Shown in pieces: positions 31,671 through 41,350 of a stretch of DNA of 64,000 nucleotides. Under the pieces are notes generated by a model, which saw only the letters and a program-made list of their open reading frames with translations, was not told the DNA's origin and did no database searches. The DNA is from a virus (lineage: Duplodnaviria > Caudoviricetes). The DNA lies in the IMG/VR virus record IMGVR_UViG_3300027740_000003, positions 256,001 to 320,000 of that record; one strand, given 5' to 3'. The translations under genes were made by a program, and so were the position numbers. Position 1 is the first letter of the stretch, and every line of letters starts with the position of its first letter.

Positions 31671-32774
31671 CTAATTGTCCTTATATTGTTTTAATAATTT
31701 AAAAATTTCATCGGCCAAATAAATAGCATCATTACCATTATAGTTTCCTTGCTGAGAAATTCTTAAAAAATCATGGGCATCTCCATTGATACCCAAAGTT
31801 GTCATTGTTTTAGAAGGCCCGGTGTGCATTGATCCACAAGCAGAACCCATTCCTACATATATTCCTTTTCTACTTAAATCATTTAAAATCATAAATGCTA
31901 AACCAGGAATCTGCACAAATGTGGTATTTGCCACTCTTGGAACTTCTTTTCCTATTATTTTCAAATTCATATCTTGAAGTCTATCTTCAAGAATAGTTTG
32001 AAACTGTTGCATATTTTGAAGATGCCGTGGCATTTCTGCTATAGTTTCTTCTAATGCTGCTGCTGCTGCAACTACACCGGCAACATCTGGAGTTCCAGGT
32101 CGGTCATTAAAATACCTTGGCCCGGTTCCATACTCTTTATATAACGCAAAGTTTTTCAAATATAACAATCCTATTCCTGCCGGCCCTCCCCATTTATGAG
32201 CTCCAAAAGCGGCTATATCTACCGGTAATTGTTCAATATTTATTGGGGTTTTTCCTGGAGCCTGACACATATCAGAAAAAAGTAGGCCAATAATTTTTGG
32301 TTTCAATTTTTCAATGGGTTGTATTATACCAATTTCATTTTGAACATGAGAACAAACTACACAATTAGTATCAATATCCGCCATTTCAGAAATTAAACCA
32401 TTTTTATTATTTAGAATTTTTATTTTATTTTTTCTAAATATATTTTCTAATTTTTGATATACGGCAGAGTGTTCAAGTCCAGAAGAATAAATAAAACAAT
32501 TATCGTCTTGTATTGATTTTTTTAAAATATCTAAACCCCAATCACAAGCCTGAGTGCAACCGCTTGTTATTATTAAATTGCCAGGATTCGTTCCCAATAA
32601 TTGGGCCAATTTTGCCCTTGCTGTTTCAAGAGCAAGAGAGGCTTCTTGACCAAGACGAGACGGAGCTGAGGCATGTCCCCAACCAGCTCGAGAAGATTGG
32701 AAATCAGAGTATATTTTTATTGTAGCTTTGCTCATTGGAATATGGGCATTAGCATCTAAATACAGTTCTTTCAT
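31671..32774 (-). CDS. iscS: Cysteine desulfurase (IscS/NifS-type, PLP-dependent)
   Basis: YLDANA, TSGCTQA, EHSAV, VQNEIGIIQP, AHKWGGP (PLP lysine), RPGTPDV, GSACGS (catalytic Cys). Symbol is family-level. Confidence 0.9.
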   Translation of the reverse strand: MKELYLDANAHIPMSKATIKIYSDFQSSRAGWGHASAPSRLGQEASLALETARAKLAQLLGTNPGNLIITSGCTQACDWGLDILKKSIQDDNCFIYSSGLEHSAVYQKLENIFRKNKIKILNNKNGLISEMADIDTNCVVCSHVQNEIGIIQPIEKLKPKIIGLLFSDMCQAPGKTPINIEQLPVDIAAFGAHKWGGPAGIGLLYLKNFALYKEYGTGPRYFNDRPGTPDVAGVVAAAAALEETIAEMPRHLQNMQQFQTILEDRLQDMNLKIIGKEVPRVANTTFVQIPGLAFMILNDLSRKGIYVGMGSACGSMHTGPSKTMTTLGINGDAHDFLRISQQGNYNGNDAIYLADEIFKLLKQYKDN

Positions 32775-32801
32775 GTTCGTTGATATATCAACACGTTTTT
32801 A

Positions 32802-34550
32802 TTAAATCGGAATTTGATTTACGTTGCCTTGAGACAATATTATACGCCTAACTGTTCCTGGAATATGCCAATCAAAAGTGCTATTATCTCCAGAAACAAT
32901 AACGCCAGTTAGATCTACAGATTGAACCAAAAAATTAGTTGCGGTTCTTGATGCCTCTGGAGCTTCTAAAATTCCTCTAGCAACACCTATTCCTGTAGCT
33001 TTTGAAACAATTACCCCTTGACTATTTGCATTTCTAGCAGAAACCACAATATATCCATCATCAAGCGTTCCTATTCCTTTTTGTTCATTTGAATTAAAAG
33101 GAGTCTGTGCCCATGTTAAATCTATATTTGTTGAACCAGATATTCTGATAGAAGCTGTTGTTCCTAATAAATTTGGCTTATCTGAAGCGTCCGACCAATA
33201 TAATGATTGCTCACCAAGAGCTTCATCAGAACTATCACCAATAAGTAATCCATAAAGATTTCTTGTTCCAGACATTCCGTATCTAGTCCAAATTGTTCCA
33301 GATAGAATAAAATCAATTGCTGAACTTGCACTGTTAAATATTTGCGAGTCGTATATTTTTATATTTACTTTAAGACCATAAGATATACTTCCCTGTGTTA
33401 TTGAACCAGATCCACCTGTAGTTCCATATGCTAATGATTGATAAAAATTAAAAGTTTTATCATCTGTTAAATATATAGATTTAACTAACAAACTGTCTCT
33501 AAAATTTATATTGCCAGAACTTGAAGGCGCAACGTTAGCACTACCACCAAAACGACAACGTGTTAAATTGCAAGCAGGAAAAGACTCAGATCTAATATGA
33601 GAATCAATACTGCATCCATCAACCATTGCTATAAACATTATATTAGTAGATATTCCCAACCTAGACTGAGCAACCCCTCCTAAAGCCAAGTCTTTTATTA
33701 AAAAAGCGACTTGTGTGGACACTGATGTAGGAGTTCTTGATGGTTTTTGATTTATTGAAAGATTTTGAATTATTGGCAAAGACTCAACAACATATGTGCT
33801 TGTTCCAGCTGGAGATACAATTGTTGGAAGATATACAGGTGCCGCTGGTACTCCACCAAATCTATTAACCGCCGCAACATTTACTCCAACGCCCCCGGGG
33901 CTTGTTGCAGCAACCCAAGCTACAGATTGTGCAGATGCCCCAGAAGTAATACGTATTCTTTGCCAAACATTTGCTATCCAATCTGCTACACCAGAATCTG
34001 TTAACATTGACACTTCTGGTGTAATATGGGACCTTTCTGTATAAGTATTTACAATGCCAGTTCTAACTGTTGTTGGCACTCCGGCAATTGTAAACAAATA
34101 TCCATTAGTGTCAATTTCAAGCATTGCATAGGAAATTACAGATTCCGCTACAACATAAACCGTTATGTCTTGTTTTAAACCTCCAACAGATAGTCTTCTA
34201 TTTAATTCAGCAAAAGTTGCAAGAGGTGCTGTTGCACTTCCAATATTTTCATCATTTCCAGTTGAAGGATCTATATACCAAGTTGCTTGACTTAACCAAT
34301 CAGGAGCTGTTGTTGATATTTCTCTTTCCCAATTTCCGCCACCAACAGCCGCAATTACAGTTATCCCATCTGGAGTAAGGCTAGAACTAGTATTTCTTTT
34401 CCAAAAACAAAGCAAACTATTTATCCAAATATATCCAGATGATGCAGAACTCAGTGCAGCTAATGTGGTTAAATTTTCAGCAACCCCAACTCTGTCAGTT
34501 AATCCTGAGCTTCCACTGCCACCAGATGTTGTATTAAAAAATGAAGACAT
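32802..34550 (-). CDS. Tail fibre / receptor-binding-like protein
   Basis: WYIDPSTGNDENIGSATAPLATFAE motif typical of tailspike/beta-helix N-caps; start likely ATG 34550. Confidence 0.55.
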   Translation of the reverse strand: MSSFFNTTSGGSGSSGLTDRVGVAENLTTLAALSSASSGYIWINSLLCFWKRNTSSSLTPDGITVIAAVGGGNWEREISTTAPDWLSQATWYIDPSTGNDENIGSATAPLATFAELNRRLSVGGLKQDITVYVVAESVISYAMLEIDTNGYLFTIAGVPTTVRTGIVNTYTERSHITPEVSMLTDSGVADWIANVWQRIRITSGASAQSVAWVAATSPGGVGVNVAAVNRFGGVPAAPVYLPTIVSPAGTSTYVVESLPIIQNLSINQKPSRTPTSVSTQVAFLIKDLALGGVAQSRLGISTNIMFIAMVDGCSIDSHIRSESFPACNLTRCRFGGSANVAPSSSGNINFRDSLLVKSIYLTDDKTFNFYQSLAYGTTGGSGSITQGSISYGLKVNIKIYDSQIFNSASSAIDFILSGTIWTRYGMSGTRNLYGLLIGDSSDEALGEQSLYWSDASDKPNLLGTTASIRISGSTNIDLTWAQTPFNSNEQKGIGTLDDGYIVVSARNANSQGVIVSKATGIGVARGILEAPEASRTATNFLVQSVDLTGVIVSGDNSTFDWHIPGTVRRIILSQGNVNQIPI

Positions 34551-34834
34551 TATAACCCCCAAGCTTCAATTCTAACCGTTCCACTACCAGAAACCAACCT
34601 AAACCAAATTGCGCTTATATTTCTATTATCAAAAAACATAGCTTGCGTCGGTTGTCCATTCTCCATGTCTCCATTTACATCAACTCCATTAAATGAATAT
34701 TCTATAATCCCAGATCCCTCCCAAGCCAACGAAAAACTTAAATTAGAATGTCTATAATTAAACACAACATCAGCAGTTGTATTAAATGTATATCCGTCAA
34801 CTGCTACTCTTGAAAAAGTATTATAATTAACCAT
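34550..34834 (-). CDS. Small beta-rich virion protein
   Basis: Start likely MVNYNTF at 34834 (AGGTGG RBS); contains DGY. Confidence 0.55.
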   Translation of the reverse strand: MVNYNTFSRVAVDGYTFNTTADVVFNYRHSNLSFSLAWEGSGIIEYSFNGVDVNGDMENGQPTQAMFFDNRNISAIWFRLVSGSGTVRIEAWGL

Positions 34835-34899
34835 TTCCCACCTAAAACATTTGGCGCCATACTTATGCCATTCTATCCATTGCATATTTTGACATTTTT

Positions 34900-36042
34900 G
34901 TGATTATGGCAACACTTGATAATATGGCCGACCAGGCCCTAGATATTGCCGGAACTTTATACCAAACTGATGATTTGGATAAAGTAGACGAAGCAGCACA
35001 ATTAGGAAGACCTATTCAGGTCGGTGCCACTGCATCTATTTTAGGAATTGCTCCGAATTTTACATTATCTGGTCTTGTCGGAATGTCTCAACAAAGCGTT
35101 GGTCATTTCATTACTATAGAAAATGCAAACTCTCCAGGTAATAATAATACTTGCCGTGTTCTAGCTTATATTAATCCAACTACAATAACTATTTTAAATC
35201 CTGCCGGCTCCGGCGGAGATCTAAATAACGGATCTTTGTACTGGATCGAAAGATATCCTTGGTCAGCAGAAGATGACCATAACTTCCACAGAACTGATAG
35301 AGCAGATATTAAAGGCGTCGCTTATGACCAATCTGTTCCAACGTATGTTAGATGTGTTAACCAAAATGCACAAGTTCCGGCTAATCTAGCCAATATTGCT
35401 GGAAAAACAACAGATGCCAAAGCCTTCGTTGATAATATTAAATTTTTAAATGTTAGTGTTAGTATCAGCAACACATTTATTACATTAAATAGTCCTGGAA
35501 ATTTAAAACATGCCAACGCAACAGACATTACAGGTGTTCCCATCAGTGATGGATATGACTCTGGAAATGATGAAGCTACATTTGTTGGTATTATAAAAGA
35601 CGGTTATGGATCGGAACTGACTGTATTAAGAACCGTTGATGGTTATGTTCAGGCTGGTTGGAGAATTTTCGGAAAAACAAGGGCAGGATCTGCACTGTCC
35701 CCTAACTCTGTTGAAATTGAATTATTTGCTATGCAAAATGGCGGGTCTTTAGATAACGCACTTCCTTATACTTGGGAAATAGGACAACCAACATTAGTTC
35801 ATCTAATTATAGGATATAGAAGTTGTTTATATAATCTTTCTGAAATAGCTTTTAGAAAAGCGTTGATATATTCTATGTTATATGGAGAAGAAGATCTTCC
35901 TGCTCCTAATGGTATTGGGCAGGTTTTAATGGCAATAGACGGAACAAGATTTATTCCTGCAATGCCGGTGACATCAATTAACGGATGGCTGGTTAATGAC
36001 GAAGGTATATTAATTGTTAATGATATATATGGAGAAGTATAA
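34900..36042 (+). CDS. Putative virion structural/appendage protein
   Basis: First gene of plus-strand island; three DGY motifs; ATG at 34906 is an alternative start. Confidence 0.6.
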   Translation: MIMATLDNMADQALDIAGTLYQTDDLDKVDEAAQLGRPIQVGATASILGIAPNFTLSGLVGMSQQSVGHFITIENANSPGNNNTCRVLAYINPTTITILNPAGSGGDLNNGSLYWIERYPWSAEDDHNFHRTDRADIKGVAYDQSVPTYVRCVNQNAQVPANLANIAGKTTDAKAFVDNIKFLNVSVSISNTFITLNSPGNLKHANATDITGVPISDGYDSGNDEATFVGIIKDGYGSELTVLRTVDGYVQAGWRIFGKTRAGSALSPNSVEIELFAMQNGGSLDNALPYTWEIGQPTLVHLIIGYRSCLYNLSEIAFRKALIYSMLYGEEDLPAPNGIGQVLMAIDGTRFIPAMPVTSINGWLVNDEGILIVNDIYGEV

Positions 36043-37730
36043 TGGCATTTCCTGGTGATAGAGCTTGGAAACTTAAAAGAACTGTTCCGTCTGCTAAAAT
36101 TTACGGAACTCCTTCACACGATTGTTGGTTAGTATTAACTCACGACAATTTGCCTGATGCAATGATTACCCTTGGCGGAGCACAAGGAATGCAACAATAT
36201 GCTGCTGATTTAGCAGCCAGCTCAGATTCCGAAGGATTAACACGAATTCCTCTATGGGTTTGTAGGGCAGATTTAGACGCAACCCCTGCAAACAGTCGTG
36301 TAGAAATATGGATACGTAGACAAGATGTGTCAGACACTTTAGATACAGATGTTTGGTTGTGGTGGGGATCTGCCGTAGAAGTTGCACCAGGAGTGACAGA
36401 AGATTATGGTCGAAATGATGTTTGGAATGGAACTACAGGAACTGGAATTCCAGTTGTATCATGGGCAGTATGGATGTTTGACGAGGACCCTGCCGCTCCG
36501 GCCCCGGCATATACAGACGTTTCTGGAAATGGACATCATGGATATGTTTTTGGAACCATAACACGTGTTGATTGTGCTCCTGGTAGAGGTTTAAGCACAG
36601 TTGCTGGAGGTGGCTGGGTAGATACAGCAAGCACAACGTGGGCTCCCGGAACAGGAGACTTTTCCGTAATAGAAGTATATCAACGCTCCGATGCAACCAG
36701 AGCTGGTGGTTCATATTTTAACGTCAATGAATTTGCTTTAGGCCCTGATTTCATATCTGCTACATTTAATACTGGAAACTATACATGGATGGTAACACAA
36801 CCTGTAGGAACCCCATATTTGGTTGGAGGATCTAGAGATGGCGATAATTTTACCATGTATTTAGATACGGCAATTCAAAATGATACAGGATGGTCAGAAG
36901 TTAATGCTTCTAGTTCTGGAGCATTAACTGTGGTTTGGGATTACCATTCAGATACTAGATATTGTTCTTTCTTAGGACTTCTTAATAGTGCCCCCAATTC
37001 ATATTGGTGGCGTACTATGTATGAAAATATTATTGCTGGTTCTTTTTGGGACGAAACAGGAACTATCCAACCAGCAGCAATTACTGCACAAATATATTTT
37101 GATGGTTTACAAACAAATTCAGAGGTTAGAATATATGAAACCCCACATACTCAAATCTGGACCGCAAATTTCGCCGGCCTCACCTCACCATTATTATGGG
37201 GAGATTATATAGCTTTTCAAATCCAAAGAGCCTCATCAACAGAAAATCATTATGCTTGGTTTACTAATTCAGAAGACGGATATGCAGACCCTGCAATAGC
37301 AGAAAGTATAGGCCATAAAGTAGTAGTAAATGACGGATATACAACAACACAAATTGCAACAAAATTTGCATCTGCAATTGATGGTTATGCAGATGTATCA
37401 GCTGTATCATCAGTTGCAATTGCAACTATTACTAATGATAGAAATGGACAAACAGATGAACCTACCGATGGAGGAACTTTAGCCACTTTAACAGTTGTAC
37501 AAATAGGAGGAACCGCTACAACTGAAATAGATGGCATAGAAAATAGCACAGGATCATCATGGACAGCAGAATATCAAGTTATTAGACCAAGACGCGCTAT
37601 TATCCATATAATACACTTGTTATATCAAAATAAAAGATATAGCACTATTTTAAACACATCGGGGTTGGTTGTTCCAGCCGGTGCTCTGCAAATTATAGAC
37701 AGACAATATTCAAATCCAGCAGGTCCATAA
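36042..37730 (+). CDS. Putative appendage protein with DUF2341-like N-terminus and concanavalin/LamG-like domain
   Basis: DSEGLTRIPLWV...EIWIR...TDVWLWWG pattern; WMFDE...TDVSGNGHHG LamG-type motif. Confidence 0.55.
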   Translation: MAFPGDRAWKLKRTVPSAKIYGTPSHDCWLVLTHDNLPDAMITLGGAQGMQQYAADLAASSDSEGLTRIPLWVCRADLDATPANSRVEIWIRRQDVSDTLDTDVWLWWGSAVEVAPGVTEDYGRNDVWNGTTGTGIPVVSWAVWMFDEDPAAPAPAYTDVSGNGHHGYVFGTITRVDCAPGRGLSTVAGGGWVDTASTTWAPGTGDFSVIEVYQRSDATRAGGSYFNVNEFALGPDFISATFNTGNYTWMVTQPVGTPYLVGGSRDGDNFTMYLDTAIQNDTGWSEVNASSSGALTVVWDYHSDTRYCSFLGLLNSAPNSYWWRTMYENIIAGSFWDETGTIQPAAITAQIYFDGLQTNSEVRIYETPHTQIWTANFAGLTSPLLWGDYIAFQIQRASSTENHYAWFTNSEDGYADPAIAESIGHKVVVNDGYTTTQIATKFASAIDGYADVSAVSSVAIATITNDRNGQTDEPTDGGTLATLTVVQIGGTATTEIDGIENSTGSSWTAEYQVIRPRRAIIHIIHLLYQNKRYSTILNTSGLVVPAGALQIIDRQYSNPAGP

Positions 37731-37733
37731 TTT

Positions 37734-38261
37734 ATGGTTACAGCTCTACACAAAGATCATGGCGTTCCAGAAGGTATTCATCAAATATATAACTGGAATT
37801 TTGTCAATGAATCTACAAGATTATCACATATTTATCTTTCTAAAGATATAGGCAAAGTAGCAAGACAAACAAATGACAATACGTTTTGGCTGCTAACAAA
37901 TTATTTCCCCACAACATTTGTTCAAATTGGAGGTTCCGGCTCATTAACCCCAACAAATCATCAAACTCTAAGACAACTAATTCATTTGGCCTTTGGAGGC
38001 CCATTCGAGGGTTTCTCAGGTGCTTATAAAGAAATTTTACCAGTAAGCGATCCCTTCCCAACAAATATTACTTGGTGGACTAATTCTAGTAAAACAAATA
38101 AAATTATTGAAAAAATAATAATAAGAAACGACTCTCAAATACCAATAGTAATAACATATAACGTTTATGAAATAGATGGAATTACTATTGAAGCGTCTGC
38201 AATTGATAATATTGTTTATAATGGAATATTCGAAATTAGCAGAGAAAGGATTATTATATGA
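37734..38261 (+). CDS. Hypothetical virion protein
   Basis: N-terminal domain resembles the 71-aa ORF at 40541-40756. Confidence 0.6.
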   Translation: MVTALHKDHGVPEGIHQIYNWNFVNESTRLSHIYLSKDIGKVARQTNDNTFWLLTNYFPTTFVQIGGSGSLTPTNHQTLRQLIHLAFGGPFEGFSGAYKEILPVSDPFPTNITWWTNSSKTNKIIEKIIIRNDSQIPIVITYNVYEIDGITIEASAIDNIVYNGIFEISRERIII

Positions 38262-38629
38262 GTGATAGCCCTGCTGTAATATTATATGACGGATACAGTA
38301 ACCCGGTTGTTATTGAAAATAATACCGAATTTCCATCGTCTCAAGGAATTGTTCCTGTGGGAGGAATTACTACAGACGGTTATGCATCTGTTATTTTATT
38401 AAATAATGACGGAACTCTATCTTCTTATAAAAAAACAGAAAGATTTGAAAAAATCACAGTTGGAACAACAGATACTATCTATATGGGAGAGGCTGTGCCA
38501 GGATCTGCTGAAGGATCTTCGGTATGGCTAATTAGACGAGTAATAATTACAGATAATTTTCCAGTATCAATAATGATATCTAACGAAAATGTTTCTTGGA
38601 ATAATAGGAATATTATCGAATATTATTGA
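38258..38629 (+). CDS. Hypothetical virion protein
   Basis: C-terminal IYMGEAVPGS...VWLIRRV...WNNR motif seen in small phage structural proteins; two DGY. Confidence 0.6.
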   Translation: MSDSPAVILYDGYSNPVVIENNTEFPSSQGIVPVGGITTDGYASVILLNNDGTLSSYKKTERFEKITVGTTDTIYMGEAVPGSAEGSSVWLIRRVIITDNFPVSIMISNENVSWNNRNIIEYY

Positions 38630-38650
38630 ACAATAATATAAGGTGAATAT

Positions 38651-40057
38651 ATGGCTTTAATTGTAGACCCAGATTATCTTCATGATGCTCCAAATTCCAG
38701 CTCTTTAGATGGATATGAAGTTTTTATAGATACTACTAATTTATATATACAGCTTAATATTGACGGATATCTATCAACCGATGGCGTCACCATTAAATGC
38801 TTATATTCATTTTTAAAAGAAGAATGGCGGCTTGATCCTAATGCAAAGAATCTGGCGGCTTTTCCTTTCCCCATGACGCCAATTACGGATGAATCTTTCG
38901 AACTCACAGATGGGTGGAATTTTGACGGATATCAATCACAATATTTGATTAGAACAGGTGGCTGGACTGTAAGAAATATTTCTGGCAACGTCACGGAAAA
39001 ATGGTCCGGAATTATCGGATTAGGCACAATCCAAGCCGATGATCAGCTATATTTCTATCAGGGAGTTGATGCCGAAAACGTTCAGCTACAGGGGCAAGTA
39101 AACCAAGCAGTAACGGTCCTCAGTGACCCAAATGGTGACGGAACCTTTACTGACGGCTATGATTATAGAACTGCATTTACTATATTCTGCCGCGAGTATC
39201 AGCAGACATATGACTCATCAAATCTTGCTGACATCGGTGTTACTACCATGGATTCGATTGCTTATCGTTTCCCCCTATCAACAGCAACAGATTTAAAAAT
39301 CACTCATAACGATTCAACCGTTTCCACAACAGCTCCTTATACAGGAATGAGCATTACTTATTATGCAACTCCACAATCAAGAACAATTGGAAGTTCAAGT
39401 TATAACTTTGGTATTATCATAAATGGAAATAGTGGAACCGCAGAACAAATATATGAATTTGTTCAATATAAATTAAGACAAAATTCAGATATCGATGCTG
39501 GTGCTGGTATTGTTATTGGTAAAACGGCAGATGCTTTGTTGGGATTTGTCGGAGACACATTATATACCAAGACTGCAACAAACCCATCTGGGGGCGGAAC
39601 AGGTGTGTTTATCGACAACTATCAGGTCGTAGATGTTAACAGACTGGTGCTTACTGACAACACTGAAACAGAAAGAACCTTCCCTTATGTTGCTGCTTTA
39701 ACAATAAACGTCGGCGCAAACCTTACTGGAGATGCGGCTGCTAAATATTGGGTATATTTCACAACTTTACCAGGTGGAGCAGATTACGGAACATCATTGG
39801 CGGTTATTACTGAAGACGCAGATGGTTATGATATGTCTGGAGATATAAGCGGAGACGCCTCAATTCAGCATTCATTTGCTTATGATACAAATAATCAAGG
39901 GGGCAGAACTCCAGCAACAGATGCAGTAATAACTGTAGTGGCAATTGGACTTAGTACCGGACAATATGTTAGAGCAACTGGAACAATTGCCAGGTCTACA
40001 TCTAACGTAGTTTCGTTGGTTGCTGCTCTCGAAAGAAACTACTCTAACCCAGCTTAA
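38651..40057 (+). CDS. Putative virion structural protein
   Basis: 468 aa, AAGGTG RBS, Thr/Gly-rich beta-type sequence; five DGY. Confidence 0.65.
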   Translation: MALIVDPDYLHDAPNSSSLDGYEVFIDTTNLYIQLNIDGYLSTDGVTIKCLYSFLKEEWRLDPNAKNLAAFPFPMTPITDESFELTDGWNFDGYQSQYLIRTGGWTVRNISGNVTEKWSGIIGLGTIQADDQLYFYQGVDAENVQLQGQVNQAVTVLSDPNGDGTFTDGYDYRTAFTIFCREYQQTYDSSNLADIGVTTMDSIAYRFPLSTATDLKITHNDSTVSTTAPYTGMSITYYATPQSRTIGSSSYNFGIIINGNSGTAEQIYEFVQYKLRQNSDIDAGAGIVIGKTADALLGFVGDTLYTKTATNPSGGGTGVFIDNYQVVDVNRLVLTDNTETERTFPYVAALTINVGANLTGDAAAKYWVYFTTLPGGADYGTSLAVITEDADGYDMSGDISGDASIQHSFAYDTNNQGGRTPATDAVITVVAIGLSTGQYVRATGTIARSTSNVVSLVAALERNYSNPA

Positions 40058-40078
40058 CCAACCCGAGAGTAAGATATA

Positions 40079-40540
40079 ATGGGATATATTTTTGATGGAT
40101 ACAATGCTATAATTATATTAGATTCAATTGAAGAATTTAATATCGAAGATTTGTATTCTCGTTGGAAAGAATGGGTTCTAGACGGATACTCACAATATCC
40201 TGTTGCCTTCCGAACTCTTGGTGGGGACCCTATCTCTGCAACTCAAGAAATTGCCCCCTATTTTTTCTTAAATACAACTGATGGTTGGAGAATAAGACCT
40301 TATGAATCAGATCATGAACTCCATATCATAGGAAACTTATATCCAGAAAACCCATTGGATCCTATGTTTACTCCAACATTGGGAGAATATACCGTATTAG
40401 TCACTATAGAAAGATCTTCATCAGCCATAGCTTTTGAGGTAAATACAGGAAGTGGATTAACTCCAACACAAAGTATGTGGCTAGAAACCCTATTTAAAAA
40501 TATTCCACTTCAAACCATTTTATCATTAAGGGCAAAATAA
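40079..40540 (+). CDS. Hypothetical virion protein
   Basis: 153 aa, DLYSRWKEW...AFRTLGGDPI...YFFL..GWRIRP; two DGY. Confidence 0.65.
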   Translation: MGYIFDGYNAIIILDSIEEFNIEDLYSRWKEWVLDGYSQYPVAFRTLGGDPISATQEIAPYFFLNTTDGWRIRPYESDHELHIIGNLYPENPLDPMFTPTLGEYTVLVTIERSSSAIAFEVNTGSGLTPTQSMWLETLFKNIPLQTILSLRAK

Positions 40541-40756
40541 TTAAACAACAATAGTTGCCACTAGCCCCCAGGAAATTGTTGCAGTGTCCAATAAAATATA
40601 AATCTCATTTGTATCTAATTGTATTGCCAACTTATATTTATCATATGCTTCAAATGGCCCGGCGGCTAATCTTTCTACAGAATCAATATACTCAAACGAA
40701 ATAGCCGAGTGTAATCCTTCTAATATCGTCTGTGCTGTATGTCTAGCTTCACTCAT
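40541..40756 (-). CDS. Small hypothetical protein, paralogue of 37734 N-terminus
   Basis: EGLH...RL...DKYKLAIQLDTNEIYIL versus EGIH...RL...DIGKVARQTNDNTFWLL. Confidence 0.6.
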   Translation of the reverse strand: MSEARHTAQTILEGLHSAISFEYIDSVERLAAGPFEAYDKYKLAIQLDTNEIYILLDTATISWGLVATIVV

Positions 40757-41349
40757 ATTGCCACCACATAATCTGCCACTAATACACTACTCTCCTTAGG
40801 AGAAAAATTCAATATTATTGTGTCATACCCAGTCCCGGAACCACCACTCTCTACAAGATAATAATCAACACTCTCCACTAAAACTCTACCATTATGCCTA
40901 AGCAATATACGAAAATCGTTGCTTTCATGTATTCCATTAATAAATTTATCCGAAGTAGTAAATGTTCTATTCACCCCATCTAATACTCCAATAAGATCTT
41001 CTCCCTGTTTAAATGCATAATCCAAATCAGCCGTTCCTCCGCCAGGTGTTATTCCAACCGTTATTCCTGCATCTAATAAAAACTGCCTATGGCATTCATC
41101 AAATTGATACAATTCTATGTTGCTCTCAACTACACGTATTTCTCGTGCCCTTATCTTAATATTTAAATCTCCTTTCAATAATGAATGACGAATAACGTCC
41201 TCAGAAACATTCGGAATAGCTAGCAAATCCCTAACCATACCATTCCCAATAGGTGTGTGAAAACACTTTATACGTTTCCCTTCTGGCGCAATGTTTTGAA
41301 CCTTGAATACTACAGGACATTGCTTGTGTACAAATGTCCGATATCCCAC
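40753..41349 (-). CDS. Putative virion structural protein
   Basis: GTG start with AAGGAG RBS; C-terminal EDLIGVLDGVNRTFTT...HNGRVL..SVDY domain typical of phage structural proteins. Confidence 0.6.
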   Translation of the reverse strand: MGYRTFVHKQCPVVFKVQNIAPEGKRIKCFHTPIGNGMVRDLLAIPNVSEDVIRHSLLKGDLNIKIRAREIRVVESNIELYQFDECHRQFLLDAGITVGITPGGGTADLDYAFKQGEDLIGVLDGVNRTFTTSDKFINGIHESNDFRILLRHNGRVLVESVDYYLVESGGSGTGYDTIILNFSPKESSVLVADYVVAI

Positions 41350-41350
41350 T

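Noticed and set aside
16627-40540. Diversity-generating retroelement targeting fibres
   Set aside because: No reverse transcriptase and no template/variable repeat pair seen in this window.
34835-40560. Invertible (shufflon/Mu G-type) tail-fibre cassette
   Set aside because: I found no inverted repeat longer than about 7 bp at the island ends and no recombinase in the window; boundaries fall between genes, not within one.
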